Shown here: positions 37,601 to 46,300 of the stretch, piece after piece
How positions within the stretch are numbered: the first letter of the stretch is position 1
How the letters are laid out: each line of letters starts with the position of its first letter
Origin: Candidatus Pollutiaquabacter sp.
Lineage (GTDB): Bacteria > Bacteroidota > Bacteroidia > AKYH767-A > 2013-40CM-41-45
Assembly (NCBI GenBank): GCA_903854075.1
Contig: CAINVI010000254.1
Span: forward strand, 1 to 53,496
Direction: 5' to 3'
Length of the DNA stretch: 53,496 nt
The notes under the pieces: model-generated
The model's input: the letters and a program-made list of their open reading frames with translations, nothing else
Databases searched by the model: none
Told to the model about the DNA's origin: nothing
Position numbers and translations under genes: made by a program

Positions 37601-37769
37601 GGTTGTAGTAACGGATGTAACCGGTCGTGTTGTTCTTAGCACTACCCAGGAATTAGGTGCAGCAAGTACCGCTCGCCTGGACGTAAGCTCCTTGTCAAAT
37701 GGTCTCTATCAGTTGTCTGTGGTTACTGCGGCAGGTTACGATTCACGTTCCTTCCTAGTTTCCCGGTAA
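34671..37769 (+). CDS. T9SS-sorted protein built from four tandem double-DUF4397 units
   Basis: Signal peptide MKKNLLRLAAATLLGVVANA. The block (R/E)LQ(V/I)IHN.ADPAA..VD(V/I)Y recurs every 228-230 aa, with a second half-unit (V.FxxLHGATDAP.VDV) in each. The C-terminus is YPNPSSQFVNIAF...GLYQLSVVTAAGYDSRSFLVSR. Confidence 0.85.
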   Translation: MKKNLLRLAAATLLGVVANASTSNAQNAELQIIHNCADPAAEFVDVYLDTVRVLDDFMFREATPYLPIPPGTYTVGVAPSTSTSVADTLKSFTVVLDSNERYVAVASGVVNPASFSVNPDGEDINFTLNLRSGMRNASVNGTDVDFIVLHGSTDAPAVDVVPMGSPNVLVDNAAYFDFSNYITVAPTGYKLNITPANDNSVIVASYDVDLTGLSGGAATVFASGFLDPTANQNGPAFGLFAALPNGTVVQFAENSTSRLQVIHNSADPAAAVVDIYVDTTLFLNDFAFRTASPFVDVPSGVTLNIGIAPASSTSSAQAIATIPVTLASGQTYVAIANGVLDATQFAANPSGLITDFSLFIQSGITESSSNSGDVRFLAFHGATDAPEVDVVTGGSPVVDNLLYGNYSGALEVPAASYVLNVTPSNDNSTIVASYLADLSSLGGGAAVVFASGFLDPTSNQNGEAFGLFAALTNGTVVAFPANNTARLQVIHNAADPGATTVDIYADTTLLLDDFSFRTATPFINVPAGVSINLGIAPPNSTSSSQALATIPVSFTAGQTYVAVANGVLNPAGFAANPDAVSTAFQLLIQSGVSESSGNAGAVRFFALHGATDAPTVDVIPMSSATPLIDDLTYAQFSATLDVPPASYILNVTPGANNTAVVASYVADLSSLGGGSAVVFASGFLDPSTNQNGQAFGLFAALADGSVLQLPLNTSARIQVIHNAADPAASSVDVYAGSTQLIDDFDFREATAFIDVPAGVAIPIGIAPASSASAADTIPGIGTTFTLTAGQTYAVIANGVTAPGSFAVNPDGRSTAFTFFVKEGVRTSAAVSSEVDFVVLHGATDAPTVDVIANGALTIVNDAAYGDITNYINVPAASYALGITPAAGAPVLLTYTADLTTLAGGAAVVFASGFLDPATNQNGPGFGLYAALPNGTVIPFTNTTSVSESIEIVSGLYPNPSSQFVNIAFTKREASTALVVVTDVTGRVVLSTTQELGAASTARLDVSSLSNGLYQLSVVTAAGYDSRSFLVSR
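34755..37500 (+). repeat. four in-frame tandem coding repeats of 684-690 nt inside the DUF4397 gene
   Basis: Repeat starts at 34755, 35442, 36126 and 36816, anchored on the LQVIHN codons. Spacings are 687, 684 and 690 nt. Confidence 0.8.
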
Positions 37770-37792
37770 TAGATTCCCTCGTAAAGCCACTG

Positions 37793-37821
37793 AAAAACCC
37801 CGTGATTTCACGGGGTTTTTC
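37793..37821 (+). terminator. rho-independent terminator after the DUF4397 gene
   Basis: aaaaa-ccccgtg-attt-cacgggg-ttttt. Confidence 0.7.
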
Positions 37822-37905
37822 ATTTAAAATCGCGCTAAAAACATTGATTTTCTACGTTTTATATCATTTTGAACAAAATCAAAGAAGTGTTGTTCTTACA
37901 ATACC

Positions 37906-38778
37906 ATGAGTCAGTTTTCCATCAAGGATATTGAGCAGCTTACCGGCATTAAGGCGCACACCCTTAGAATTTGGGAGCAACGCTACAGCCTGCCGCTCCC
38001 GAAGCGTACTCCGACCAATATCCGGTATTACGATGATGATGATCTGCGTTTGTTGTTGAATATCGCCATGCTGAATCAGCACGGTCACAAGATCTCGCGG
38101 ATCAGCAAGTTGTCGCAGGAAGAAATTGGTAGGCTTGCTATAGATCTTTCCTTACAAACCCAAAATCAATCGGTTCATATACAGTCGTTGGTTTCCTGTA
38201 TGCTTGATCTGGATGAAGCCTCTTTCGATAAGGTACTATCATCTTGTTTATTGCAGCAAGGATTAGAGCGCACGATGATGGAAGTGGTATTTCCGTTTAT
38301 GTCGATGGTGGGAGTACTTTGGCAGTCCGGAACATTGGACCTTGCCTATGAGCATTTCATGTCAAGCATGCTGCGTCAGAAATTGATTGTCGCTATTGAC
38401 GGTCAAACTGTTCGTCTTCGTGAAGATGCACGTAACTTTCTTTTATTTCTTCCAGAAGGGGAGAATCACGAGCTCGGATTATTGTTTGCCAATTATCTGG
38501 TTCGTGCTGCAGGCCACCGCGCCCTTTATCTCGGTCAAAATCTGCCACTGGTCAACCTGGAACAAATCGATTCTAGATTCTCGCCGGATTTTATTTTCAC
38601 GTCAATGACTACAGGTTATTCCCGTGCAGTCGCCGAAGGAATCATACAAGAGCTCTCGGTAAAATTCCCTACTGCACAAATCCTTTTGACGGGAAAGTAT
38701 TTTCTTGAATCCGAAAAGCCGTATCCGTCCAATGTTCAATTGGTGCGCACACCGGACGATCTCAAACGTTGTTTCTAA
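37906..38778 (+). CDS. MerR-family regulator with C-terminal cobalamin-binding-type domain (CarH/LitR-like)
   Basis: The N-terminal MerR HTH reads FSIKDIEQLTGIKAHTLRIWEQRY...RTPTNIRYYDDDDL. The C-terminal half carries ENHELG, then exactly 41 residues to SMT. This matches the (D/E)xHxxG-41-Sx(L/V/T) B12-binding signature. Confidence 0.8.
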   Translation: MSQFSIKDIEQLTGIKAHTLRIWEQRYSLPLPKRTPTNIRYYDDDDLRLLLNIAMLNQHGHKISRISKLSQEEIGRLAIDLSLQTQNQSVHIQSLVSCMLDLDEASFDKVLSSCLLQQGLERTMMEVVFPFMSMVGVLWQSGTLDLAYEHFMSSMLRQKLIVAIDGQTVRLREDARNFLLFLPEGENHELGLLFANYLVRAAGHRALYLGQNLPLVNLEQIDSRFSPDFIFTSMTTGYSRAVAEGIIQELSVKFPTAQILLTGKYFLESEKPYPSNVQLVRTPDDLKRCF

Positions 38779-38841
38779 AGGTAAAAGCAAAAGGCGCCCC
38801 TTTTCAGGTAGCGCCCGTTGCCATTAACCACACCACTAGGG

Positions 38842-39531
38842 TTACTTCATCTCAATGTAACGCATCAGTTCGTGACGCGTAGATTCATTGAGAAATTTTC
38901 CATGATAAGAAGCCGTCACCGTGCTACTGTGCTGATCTTTCACGCCTCGTGATTGCACACACAAGTGTTCCGCATCAATAATGACAGCCACATCACGTGT
39001 TTGAAGAACGTTCTTCAGCTCTTCCGCAATTTGGTTACTGAGTCGCTCTTGTACTTGAGGTCTGCGTGAATAATAGTCCACTATACGATTCAATTTGGAA
39101 AGTCCGATGACTTTTCCGGAGGAGATATAGGCGACATGCGCTTTGCCAATAATAGGTACAAAGTGATGCTCGCAAGTAGAGTGAACGGTGATGTTTTTTT
39201 CCACCAGCATCTGACTGTACTTATAACTGTTGTCAAACAACGTCGCTTCCGGTTTCAACGCCGGATTTAGTCCGCCGAAAATTTCTTTGACATACATCTT
39301 AGCCACCCGCTTTGGCGTTCCTTTGATACTGTCGTCGTTTAGGTCCATTCCCAGGATATCCAGGATTTCACGGAACTTACCGGTGATCAAGGCTATTTTC
39401 TCGTCATCCGTTAAACGAAATGCATCTTTTCGTACCGGAGTATCGAGTCCAGATCCGGTATGGTCATCACCCAAAAGGTCTTCCAAAGACACAAGTTGTT
39501 GATTTTCAGTAAAAAGGGGTTTTTCTAACAT
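38842..39531 (-). CDS. folE: GTP cyclohydrolase I
   Basis: [20 protein letters not shown] and the RPQVQERL blocks are canonical FolE. The N-terminal extension is about 40 aa. Confidence 0.92.
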   Translation of the reverse strand: MLEKPLFTENQQLVSLEDLLGDDHTGSGLDTPVRKDAFRLTDDEKIALITGKFREILDILGMDLNDDSIKGTPKRVAKMYVKEIFGGLNPALKPEATLFDNSYKYSQMLVEKNITVHSTCEHHFVPIIGKAHVAYISSGKVIGLSKLNRIVDYYSRRPQVQERLSNQIAEELKNVLQTRDVAVIIDAEHLCVQSRGVKDQHSSTVTASYHGKFLNESTRHELMRYIEMK

Positions 39532-39657
39532 GGGATAAGGATTTACCTTTTGTTTAACTCTATAAACACAATTCTTCCACTTTTGTTCGGAATACCGCCC
39601 TTTTTACCCCAAACTAGATAAATTGTTTAAAAAAGTGTTAAATAAACCTCCACAAAG

Positions 39658-39688
39658 TTGCTAATTAAGTAATCAGCGGCTATATTTG
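39658..39688 (+). promoter_or_regulatory. candidate Bacteroidota sigma-A promoter (TTG-N20-TATATTTG) for the ECF sigma gene
   Basis: TTG at 39658-39660 and TATATTTG at 39681-39688, 31 nt upstream of ATG 39719. The listed TTG start at 39686 lies inside the -7 element. Confidence 0.4.
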
Positions 39689-39718
39689 TTTAATAGTTAC
39701 TATAAAAAACTAAACAAA

Positions 39719-40249
39719 ATGGCTGCTCCTAAAAAGAAATTTGATTTCCGTACGCTGGTAACGATTGAGTCAAAGCCTTTACGCAACTATGCCTTGAAGC
39801 TAACACAAGACATGGAAGATGCTGATGATTTGGTGCAGGACACCATGCTCAAGGCGTTCACCAACGAAGAGAAATTCGCAGAGGGAACAAACCTGAAAGG
39901 TTGGTTATATACGATCATGAAGAACATCTTCATCAATAAATATCGTCGTGCCATGAAGTCCAACATATTTCACGACGATACCGAAAACCAATATTATATA
40001 AACAATATGGCTACGGCGCAGCGTAATGATGGCGATGGCAATTTGATCATGAAAGACATCGACAATGCACTGGCGCAGCTCAACGATAATCTTCGTACGC
40101 CGTTTATGATGAGCTATACCGGCTATAAATACGAGGAAATTGCCACTAAATTAAAGCTGCCGCTTGGTACGGTGAAAGTCCGAATTCACAATGCCCGTAA
40201 AGAATTATCCCAGAAACTATCTGTTTACCGCGAATATTCAGAGAATTGA
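39719..40249 (+). CDS. ECF-type sigma-70 family RNA polymerase sigma factor
   Basis: Region 2 reads DADDLVQDTMLKAFTNEEKF...LKGWLYTIMKNIFINKYRR. Region 4 reads YKYEEIATKLKLPLGTVKVRIHNARKEL. Confidence 0.85.
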   Translation: MAAPKKKFDFRTLVTIESKPLRNYALKLTQDMEDADDLVQDTMLKAFTNEEKFAEGTNLKGWLYTIMKNIFINKYRRAMKSNIFHDDTENQYYINNMATAQRNDGDGNLIMKDIDNALAQLNDNLRTPFMMSYTGYKYEEIATKLKLPLGTVKVRIHNARKELSQKLSVYREYSEN

Positions 40250-40272
40250 TAGCGGACGTTTGGAGCACTTAT

Positions 40273-40302
40273 AAAGGCCGGTTTTTTAACCGGCCTTTTT
40301 TA
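40273..40302 (+). terminator. rho-independent terminator after the sigma factor gene
   Basis: aaaggccggtt-tttt-aaccggccttt followed by TTTT. Confidence 0.7.
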
Positions 40303-40324
40303 TTGAAATGTGTACCTTTGTCGT

Positions 40325-41017
40325 ATGAAATTCGGTGTTGTTGTTTTTCCCGGTTCTAATTGTGATGAGGACATGGTTTATGTCCTTCGCGATGTTATGC
40401 GTCAAAAGGTGGTCAAGTTATGGCACAAAGATCACGATCTTCAACGCTGTGATTTTATCGTGCTCCCGGGCGGCTTTTCCTATGGCGACTATCTCCGCTC
40501 CGGTGCTATCGCCCGTTTTTCGCCCATCATGAAAGAGGTGTCCGAATTCGCTGACAAAGGTGGTTATGTGTTCGGTGTTTGTAATGGGTTCCAGATTTTA
40601 TGTGAGGCAGGATTAGTTCCCGGAGCTTTGCTGCGTAATACAGATTCCCGTTTTATCTGCAAGAACGTTCAACTTCGTGCGCAGCACAATGAGGTCTTGC
40701 TTACTTCCAGAATTGATACCTCCCGTCCGTTAACTATTCCGATTGCACATGGTGAGGGCCGCTATTATGCCGATGCTGATACGCTATCACAAATGAATGC
40801 CAACGGACAAGTTATTTTCCGCTATTGCGATGCTGACGGAAAAGAAACAGCAGCAGCCAATCCAAACGGGTCGCTCGAGAATATTGCCGGGGTATGTAAT
40901 GCTACCAAAAACGTATTTGGTATGATGCCGCATCCTGAGCGCGCTGCCGATGCGATTCTTGGGAATACAGACGGTATTTCACTCTTTGAATCGATACTTC
41001 ATACGATTACCGCTTGA
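40325..41017 (+). CDS. purQ: phosphoribosylformylglycinamidine synthase, glutaminase subunit PurQ
   Basis: [17 protein letters not shown] at the N-terminus, GVCNGFQIL (catalytic Cys) and MMPHPER (His/Glu of the triad). Confidence 0.92.
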   Translation: MKFGVVVFPGSNCDEDMVYVLRDVMRQKVVKLWHKDHDLQRCDFIVLPGGFSYGDYLRSGAIARFSPIMKEVSEFADKGGYVFGVCNGFQILCEAGLVPGALLRNTDSRFICKNVQLRAQHNEVLLTSRIDTSRPLTIPIAHGEGRYYADADTLSQMNANGQVIFRYCDADGKETAAANPNGSLENIAGVCNATKNVFGMMPHPERAADAILGNTDGISLFESILHTITA

Positions 41018-41029
41018 TCGGTGATCAAT

Positions 41030-41062
41030 AAAAAAGACCGGCTAACTGCCGGTCTTTTTTCA
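41030..41062. terminator. bidirectional rho-independent terminator between purQ and the convergent cargo gene
   Basis: aaaaaa-agaccggc-taact-gccggtct-tttttt. Confidence 0.65.
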
Positions 41063-41080
41063 TTCTTAAAATAATCTTCT

Positions 41081-43276
41081 TTAGTCTTTGATAAATCTTG
41101 CCGTTAATTGACGATCATCACTGGAGATTCTTGCGAAGTAGAGTCCTTTAGATAAATGGCTCAGGTCAATTTGGTAAAGCCGTGTAGCAGAAATAGTAAT
41201 TCCGCTTTCCCGGAGCACAAGCTCTCCGGTGGCGTTGTAAAGCTCAAGTGTTGCGTTCTCCACTGGATTTTTTCCGGATAACGTCAGCCATTGATTGACC
41301 GGATTCGGATAAGCAAACAATTCGCTGACAGCATCCAGTTCATCGATCGAGTTGCCTACTTCCACATAAATGCAATCATTGCCGAAACATCCTGATGCAT
41401 CGATAACCGTCACGCAATAGATCCCTGAAGTGTTTATGGTGATAGACGAAGTATTATTCCCGTTGCTCCAGATGTAGGCATTGAATCCTGCATTGGCAGA
41501 GAGCGTATAGGGCGCAACCACATAAATGGTATCCGCTCCCTGACCAAGTCCAGCATTCGGTACCGGAAGAATGGTGGCTGATACAGGCACACGGTTGTCC
41601 GTACAGGTTAATCCGGCCTGTGCATAAAACGTTGTAGTCGTACTTATCGTCGGCGTATTGAAACTATTTCCACCTCCGATTATATTCAGTCCGTTAGGAG
41701 TAGTATACCAATAAATATCATCACACCCGGATGCGGTCAATGTTACCGATCCAGGGTCGCAGCGAGCACCACTGTTTACGTTAGGTGCCTGAACGATAGT
41801 CGCGTCTTTTGTGATAGAATTTAATGCCGGAAATACATCGTTGGGCTCATCGAAGAATCCGCTTATGTTTAGTGCACAACTACCTCCACGCAAGTCAACC
41901 AGCGTCGGCAGCGTATCACGCAGTACGTCTTGCGGATAAAGTGGCCCTGGAAAAACATCGGAAATAGTTTGGTTGACCGTTCCGGAAAGCGTGACATGCA
42001 CGGGCACATTCGTTAATGTATCCCGGCCGTAATTTCTAATCGTCACAATTATCTGTACGCTATCAGCTGCACACGATCCGGAAATCGGTGAAACGATCGT
42101 ATCGATGGTGCCGTAGGTAAGATAATCTTCCAGATTCCCCTGCGCATCCGTTCGGATGACGTAGGCGTTTTCAAAGGCAAAGCCAAAGCTGCTGGTGTAC
42201 CCGGATACGATGAATCCACTGTCAGCCGATTGAACCGCGCTGTATCCATGGTCGTGATTATCGCCACCGAATGTTCGCGCCCACAGCGAATCGCCGTTGC
42301 CATCTGTTTTAAGAATCCAAATGTTCGGATCAAACGGACCGTAAGAGCTTGTGGTACCGGCCAGAATAAATCCACCATCAAACGTGGTGTTCACCTGGTG
42401 AAAATCGTCATTCAGCGTGCCGCCGCCGAATACCTTTTCCCACGTTTTATTACCGGAAGTGTCTATTTTGACAAAGTAACCATCGAATCCTTTTCCGCCA
42501 GCAATTACATACCCACTGTCGACAGGTAGTATATAATCTCCGTTATCGTTTTCTACGGTACCAATCAGATTACTCCACATCAGGTTACCCAGTGCATCGG
42601 TACGAATAATAAAAATGTCGTTGCCATTGACGCCATTGGGAGCTTGTCCGCAGGCAATGAAGCCGCCATCGGATAATTCCTTCACGCTGTTCAAGTCACT
42701 ATAGCTTGCTCCGGTTGCCCTGTACCGATTTGACCATAAGGTATCTCCATTGGTATTCAAACGTAATAGGAATCCCGAGTAATTGCCGAAGGGCGCAACA
42801 TAGCCGCACACGATATAACCTCCATCAGCCGTCTGAACGATTTCCTGTGCACGATCCCGTCCGGGACCACCATAGGTTTTTTCCCAAATTACAGTTCCGT
42901 TGTTGTCCATGCTTACCATGTAGGCTTCATCGCCGTTAGCATTAAAGCTGGAAGAATACCCGCAAAATGCAAAACCGTTCGTCGTATTGATGACTTTGTA
43001 AAAAAGGTCTTTACGACTTTGTGGTCCGTTCAAAGCTTTTGTCCAAAGCGTATCGCCTTGTGCAGAAAGACGAACAACATAGGCATCCGTATCGTTTGGT
43101 GTGAAATCGGCAGTATATCCTGCGGCGATGAAACCACCGGAAGGTACTTCTACCGCCGATCGGAAAGCATCCGTGCTTTTTTTAACAAATAGTTTCTCCC
43201 AACTCGATGCAAAAGAATCAGTAATCGAACCTAAGAACAGGAGAAGAAAAAAGGCAATAAAATTTCTACTTGTCAT
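41081..43276 (-). CDS. T9SS-sorted protein A: seven ~50-aa propeller-type repeats, CARDB-like domain, one Ig-like repeat, Por C-terminal domain
   Basis: Start at MTSRNFIAFFLLLFLGSITDSFA (43276; the listed ORF extends to 43303). There are seven repeats of the type DGGFI..G.......D.(W/Y)(V/I)(V/I)(K/R).D..G(D/N)..W.(K/R)..GG. The C-terminus is YPNPVNQWLTL...GLYFARISSDDRQLTARFIKD. Confidence 0.8.
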   Translation of the reverse strand: MTSRNFIAFFLLLFLGSITDSFASSWEKLFVKKSTDAFRSAVEVPSGGFIAAGYTADFTPNDTDAYVVRLSAQGDTLWTKALNGPQSRKDLFYKVINTTNGFAFCGYSSSFNANGDEAYMVSMDNNGTVIWEKTYGGPGRDRAQEIVQTADGGYIVCGYVAPFGNYSGFLLRLNTNGDTLWSNRYRATGASYSDLNSVKELSDGGFIACGQAPNGVNGNDIFIIRTDALGNLMWSNLIGTVENDNGDYILPVDSGYVIAGGKGFDGYFVKIDTSGNKTWEKVFGGGTLNDDFHQVNTTFDGGFILAGTTSSYGPFDPNIWILKTDGNGDSLWARTFGGDNHDHGYSAVQSADSGFIVSGYTSSFGFAFENAYVIRTDAQGNLEDYLTYGTIDTIVSPISGSCAADSVQIIVTIRNYGRDTLTNVPVHVTLSGTVNQTISDVFPGPLYPQDVLRDTLPTLVDLRGGSCALNISGFFDEPNDVFPALNSITKDATIVQAPNVNSGARCDPGSVTLTASGCDDIYWYTTPNGLNIIGGGNSFNTPTISTTTTFYAQAGLTCTDNRVPVSATILPVPNAGLGQGADTIYVVAPYTLSANAGFNAYIWSNGNNTSSITINTSGIYCVTVIDASGCFGNDCIYVEVGNSIDELDAVSELFAYPNPVNQWLTLSGKNPVENATLELYNATGELVLRESGITISATRLYQIDLSHLSKGLYFARISSDDRQLTARFIKD

Positions 43277-43300
43277 GGCAAGGCTTGGTTTGGTATATGA

Positions 43301-43331
43301 CATCCTGCGGGGGTTAGCGGCCCGTAGGATG
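43301..43331 (-). other. hairpin between the two tandem cargo paralogs (weak terminator or processing site)
   Basis: catcctgcggg / cccgtaggatg forms an 11-bp stem with one mismatch on the transcribed strand and a 9-nt loop. No U-tract follows. Confidence 0.3.
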
Positions 43332-43377
43332 TGTACTGAACATACTGCAACTAAGAGTTACAGGTTTATGAAGTGTA

Positions 43378-46300
43378 TTACTGGCGAATAATTGTCTTTA
43401 CGAAGATACCATCCAAGTCAATCAGTTGAATCTGATAGAGGCCGTTAGCATAACCACTCAGATCGATGATCTGATTAAATCCACCAGTTGATGTGATGGA
43501 ACTTTGGTAAACCTGCTGTCCGGTCATACTAATGATTCGGATAGTTAACGGATCTTTGGTATGCCCTGTCACATGCAGCAAACCTTCCGTAGGATTAGGA
43601 TAAACCAGAAGTTCATGCTGCGCATCAGGGTTATTGATGCCGGTGATAACGTTTATTACGGTTTGATCGGAACCGGTACATCCGTTCGCATCGGTTACCG
43701 TTACGCTGTAGCTGCCGGCTGCACTCACGTTGATAGAGGACGTGGTGGCGTTATTGCTCCATAAATAAGCTGAATAACCCGCACCTGCATTGAGGTTCAC
43801 CAACTGGCCGGGCGCAATACTGATTGTATCTGGTCCGATATTTACCGCAGGAGGTACAAGAATAGTTGCCGTCGCGGGAACTTGTGCACTTGGACAATTT
43901 CCGTTGTTGGTTACCGCATAGAACGTTGCAGAAGAGGAAAGTGTTGTGGTGTATTGCGAACCCGTACCTACGATAGCACCGCTGTTATCGTACCAGGTGA
44001 TCGGTAAGGTGGAAGTTGCCTGCAAAGTGATGGTTCCAGTGCCGCAACTCTGCGCACCTGTCGTTGTTGGTGCTGTTGCCAATGGATTAACGTTTACAGT
44101 TAACGGAACAGGATTGCTTTCGCAACCAGCGACTCCTGCAACAGCATAGAAAGTAGTGGTGCTGCTTACGCTGGTCACAAACGAAGTTCCTGTACCTAAC
44201 AAAGTGCCACCGCTAGCTGCCGTATACCACGAGATAGGATCTTGTGCATTGACAGGGGTTGCCGTCAATGTTGCGTTTCCACTGCCACAGATGCTGGTAT
44301 TGGTAACGGATGGATTAGCTGCCGGCGAGCCGATAATTGCCTGAACGGCTGCACGATTACTTGGACAAGCAGCAGCAGCCTCAGCCCAATAAGTTGTAGA
44401 TGAAGTAAGCGAAGGAGTGGTGAATGTACTGCCGGCTCCGACGTTTATTCCACCTGCAGCGGCATCGTACCAGTAGATAGGATCGCTGCTGCTGGCCGAC
44501 AAGGTCACAGTGCCAGCTCCGCAGCGAGATCCGTTAGTGACAACAGGCGGAGCAGTGATCGTCACCGAGGCGGTCACTGCCGTACGCGAACTATTACAAG
44601 CACCATCGTTTGCCTGCGCATAGTACACCGTTGTCTGATTCAGCGACGGCGTGGTGAAGGTAAATCCTGATCCGACTTGTGTTCCGCCGGTTGATGCTGT
44701 CCACCAGGTTACAGGTTGCAATGAACTAGCCGATAGTACGACACTTCCCTGACCGCAGTGAGCAGCATCCGTTCCGGTAGGAGCGGGAACTATAATAATG
44801 GTAGCCGTAACGGGAGTTCTTACACTTGGACACGTACTGACGGCCTGCGCATAATAGGTGGTGGTTGCCGACAAAATAGGAGTCGTGAAGACTGGTCCGG
44901 TGCCTACTTGTACACCGCCGGTAAGCGCTGTAAACCATTGTATCGTATTCGGCGACTGTGCAGAGAGTGTTACGGAAGCTGGTCCGCAGGCTTGCGCACC
45001 TAAAGCGGTGGGAGCAATAGCTGCGTTGATGGTTGCTACCGCCGGTACCGCTGCTGACGGACATGCCGTTCCTGCAATGGCGTAGAAGGTGGTCGTAGTG
45101 TTCAGGAACGGTGTCTGGAAACTATTTCCTGTTCCGTATAAGTTACCATTCGTTGCAGCGTCGTACCAACTGATTGGATCTGCAGCGGTCGCGGTAAGCG
45201 TTATAGATCCCGGTCCGCAGTTGGATGCATTAGTGGTAGTTGGAGCAGTTGATACAGCGTTGATAGCGGCTTGTACGGAAATCCGGTTCGTACAGCTGCC
45301 AACTTGAAGATAATACGAAGTGCTGGAAGTTAGCGAAGATGTTGTAAAGGTAGAACCTGTTGCAACAGGACTTCCGCCGGTGGCTACACTGTACCAGGAG
45401 AGAGGATCGCTGGAATTAGCGGTTAAGGTTAGAGTACCTGCTCCGCAACGTGCGCGATCGAAAGCAGTAGTAGGAGCAGATCCAATCTGTGCCACTGCTG
45501 GGATCCGGTTGCTTTCACATTGCTGGAACGGAACAAAGATGTTCCAGTCGTAGAAGTAGTAGTATCGAGAAAGGCTCGGGTAGGCACCGAAAATTTCAAT
45601 GACGCGCGAAACGCTGTATGGATAAGCTACTCCGGTAGTGTTACGGAATAATGGTTGACTGCCGGTGCCAAGTCCAAGGCTAAGATCGGTAGCTTGTGGT
45701 ACATCAAAGTTGAGATATACAGTGCTCCAGCCTATCGGTAAATCAACCGTTTTACTTTGGAGAATATTGCCAACAACATCGCGAAGCTCAATGATACGAA
45801 TGCCGGTTACCGCTGCGTATACTTTTACAGAGACTAGTTTGAAAGCTACACGCGTATCAAATAGAATTTTTCCGTCGGTAGAGGTTGCGCTTCCTGAACC
45901 GATGGTATTATCAACAGGACCGCAGCGGTAGCCGCGTCCGCGTTGACTTTCTGCATAATAGGTTGTACTGGCAGATAATGTTCCGGTCGTTAACGAGGAG
46001 CCGGCTCCGACAAGTTCTCCACCGACTGGTGCGCTGAACCAAAATACCGAATCCGTGGATAGTGCCGCAGCTGCGGAAAGGGTAACAGCGCCCGCACTGC
46101 AACTGATACCTGAAACTGTTGTAGGGTCTCCGACAGGATCCTGTACGGCAACAGTAAGAATACTGGTATCGTTGGTATACGAAATATCATTCTGAAGATG
46201 CGGAATATACGCTGTCAACTGAACGGTACCGCTTTGCAGGAAGTCATACGTCTGTCCGAAAGTGAAGGAGCGGGTGATAGACGGATTTATAGTCCCCGGA

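Noticed and set aside
38779-38841. Possible terminator between the convergent MerR and folE genes (ggcgc...gcgcc).
   Set aside because: It has only a 5-6-bp stem with poor flanking T/A runs, which is too weak to annotate.
43911-45462. Regular ~220-nt periodicity that could superficially suggest a repeat array such as CRISPR or a satellite.
   Set aside because: The period is a protein-domain repeat within one open frame. The units are diverged at the nucleotide level, and there are no short identical direct repeats with unique spacers.
43561-45931. Chain of 60-90-aa plus-strand ORFs across giant gene B.
   Set aside because: They are antisense to a continuous 1419-codon frame that has a signal peptide, repeats and a T9SS domain. 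Thr/Ala/Gly-rich repeat coding depletes stop codons on the opposite strand.
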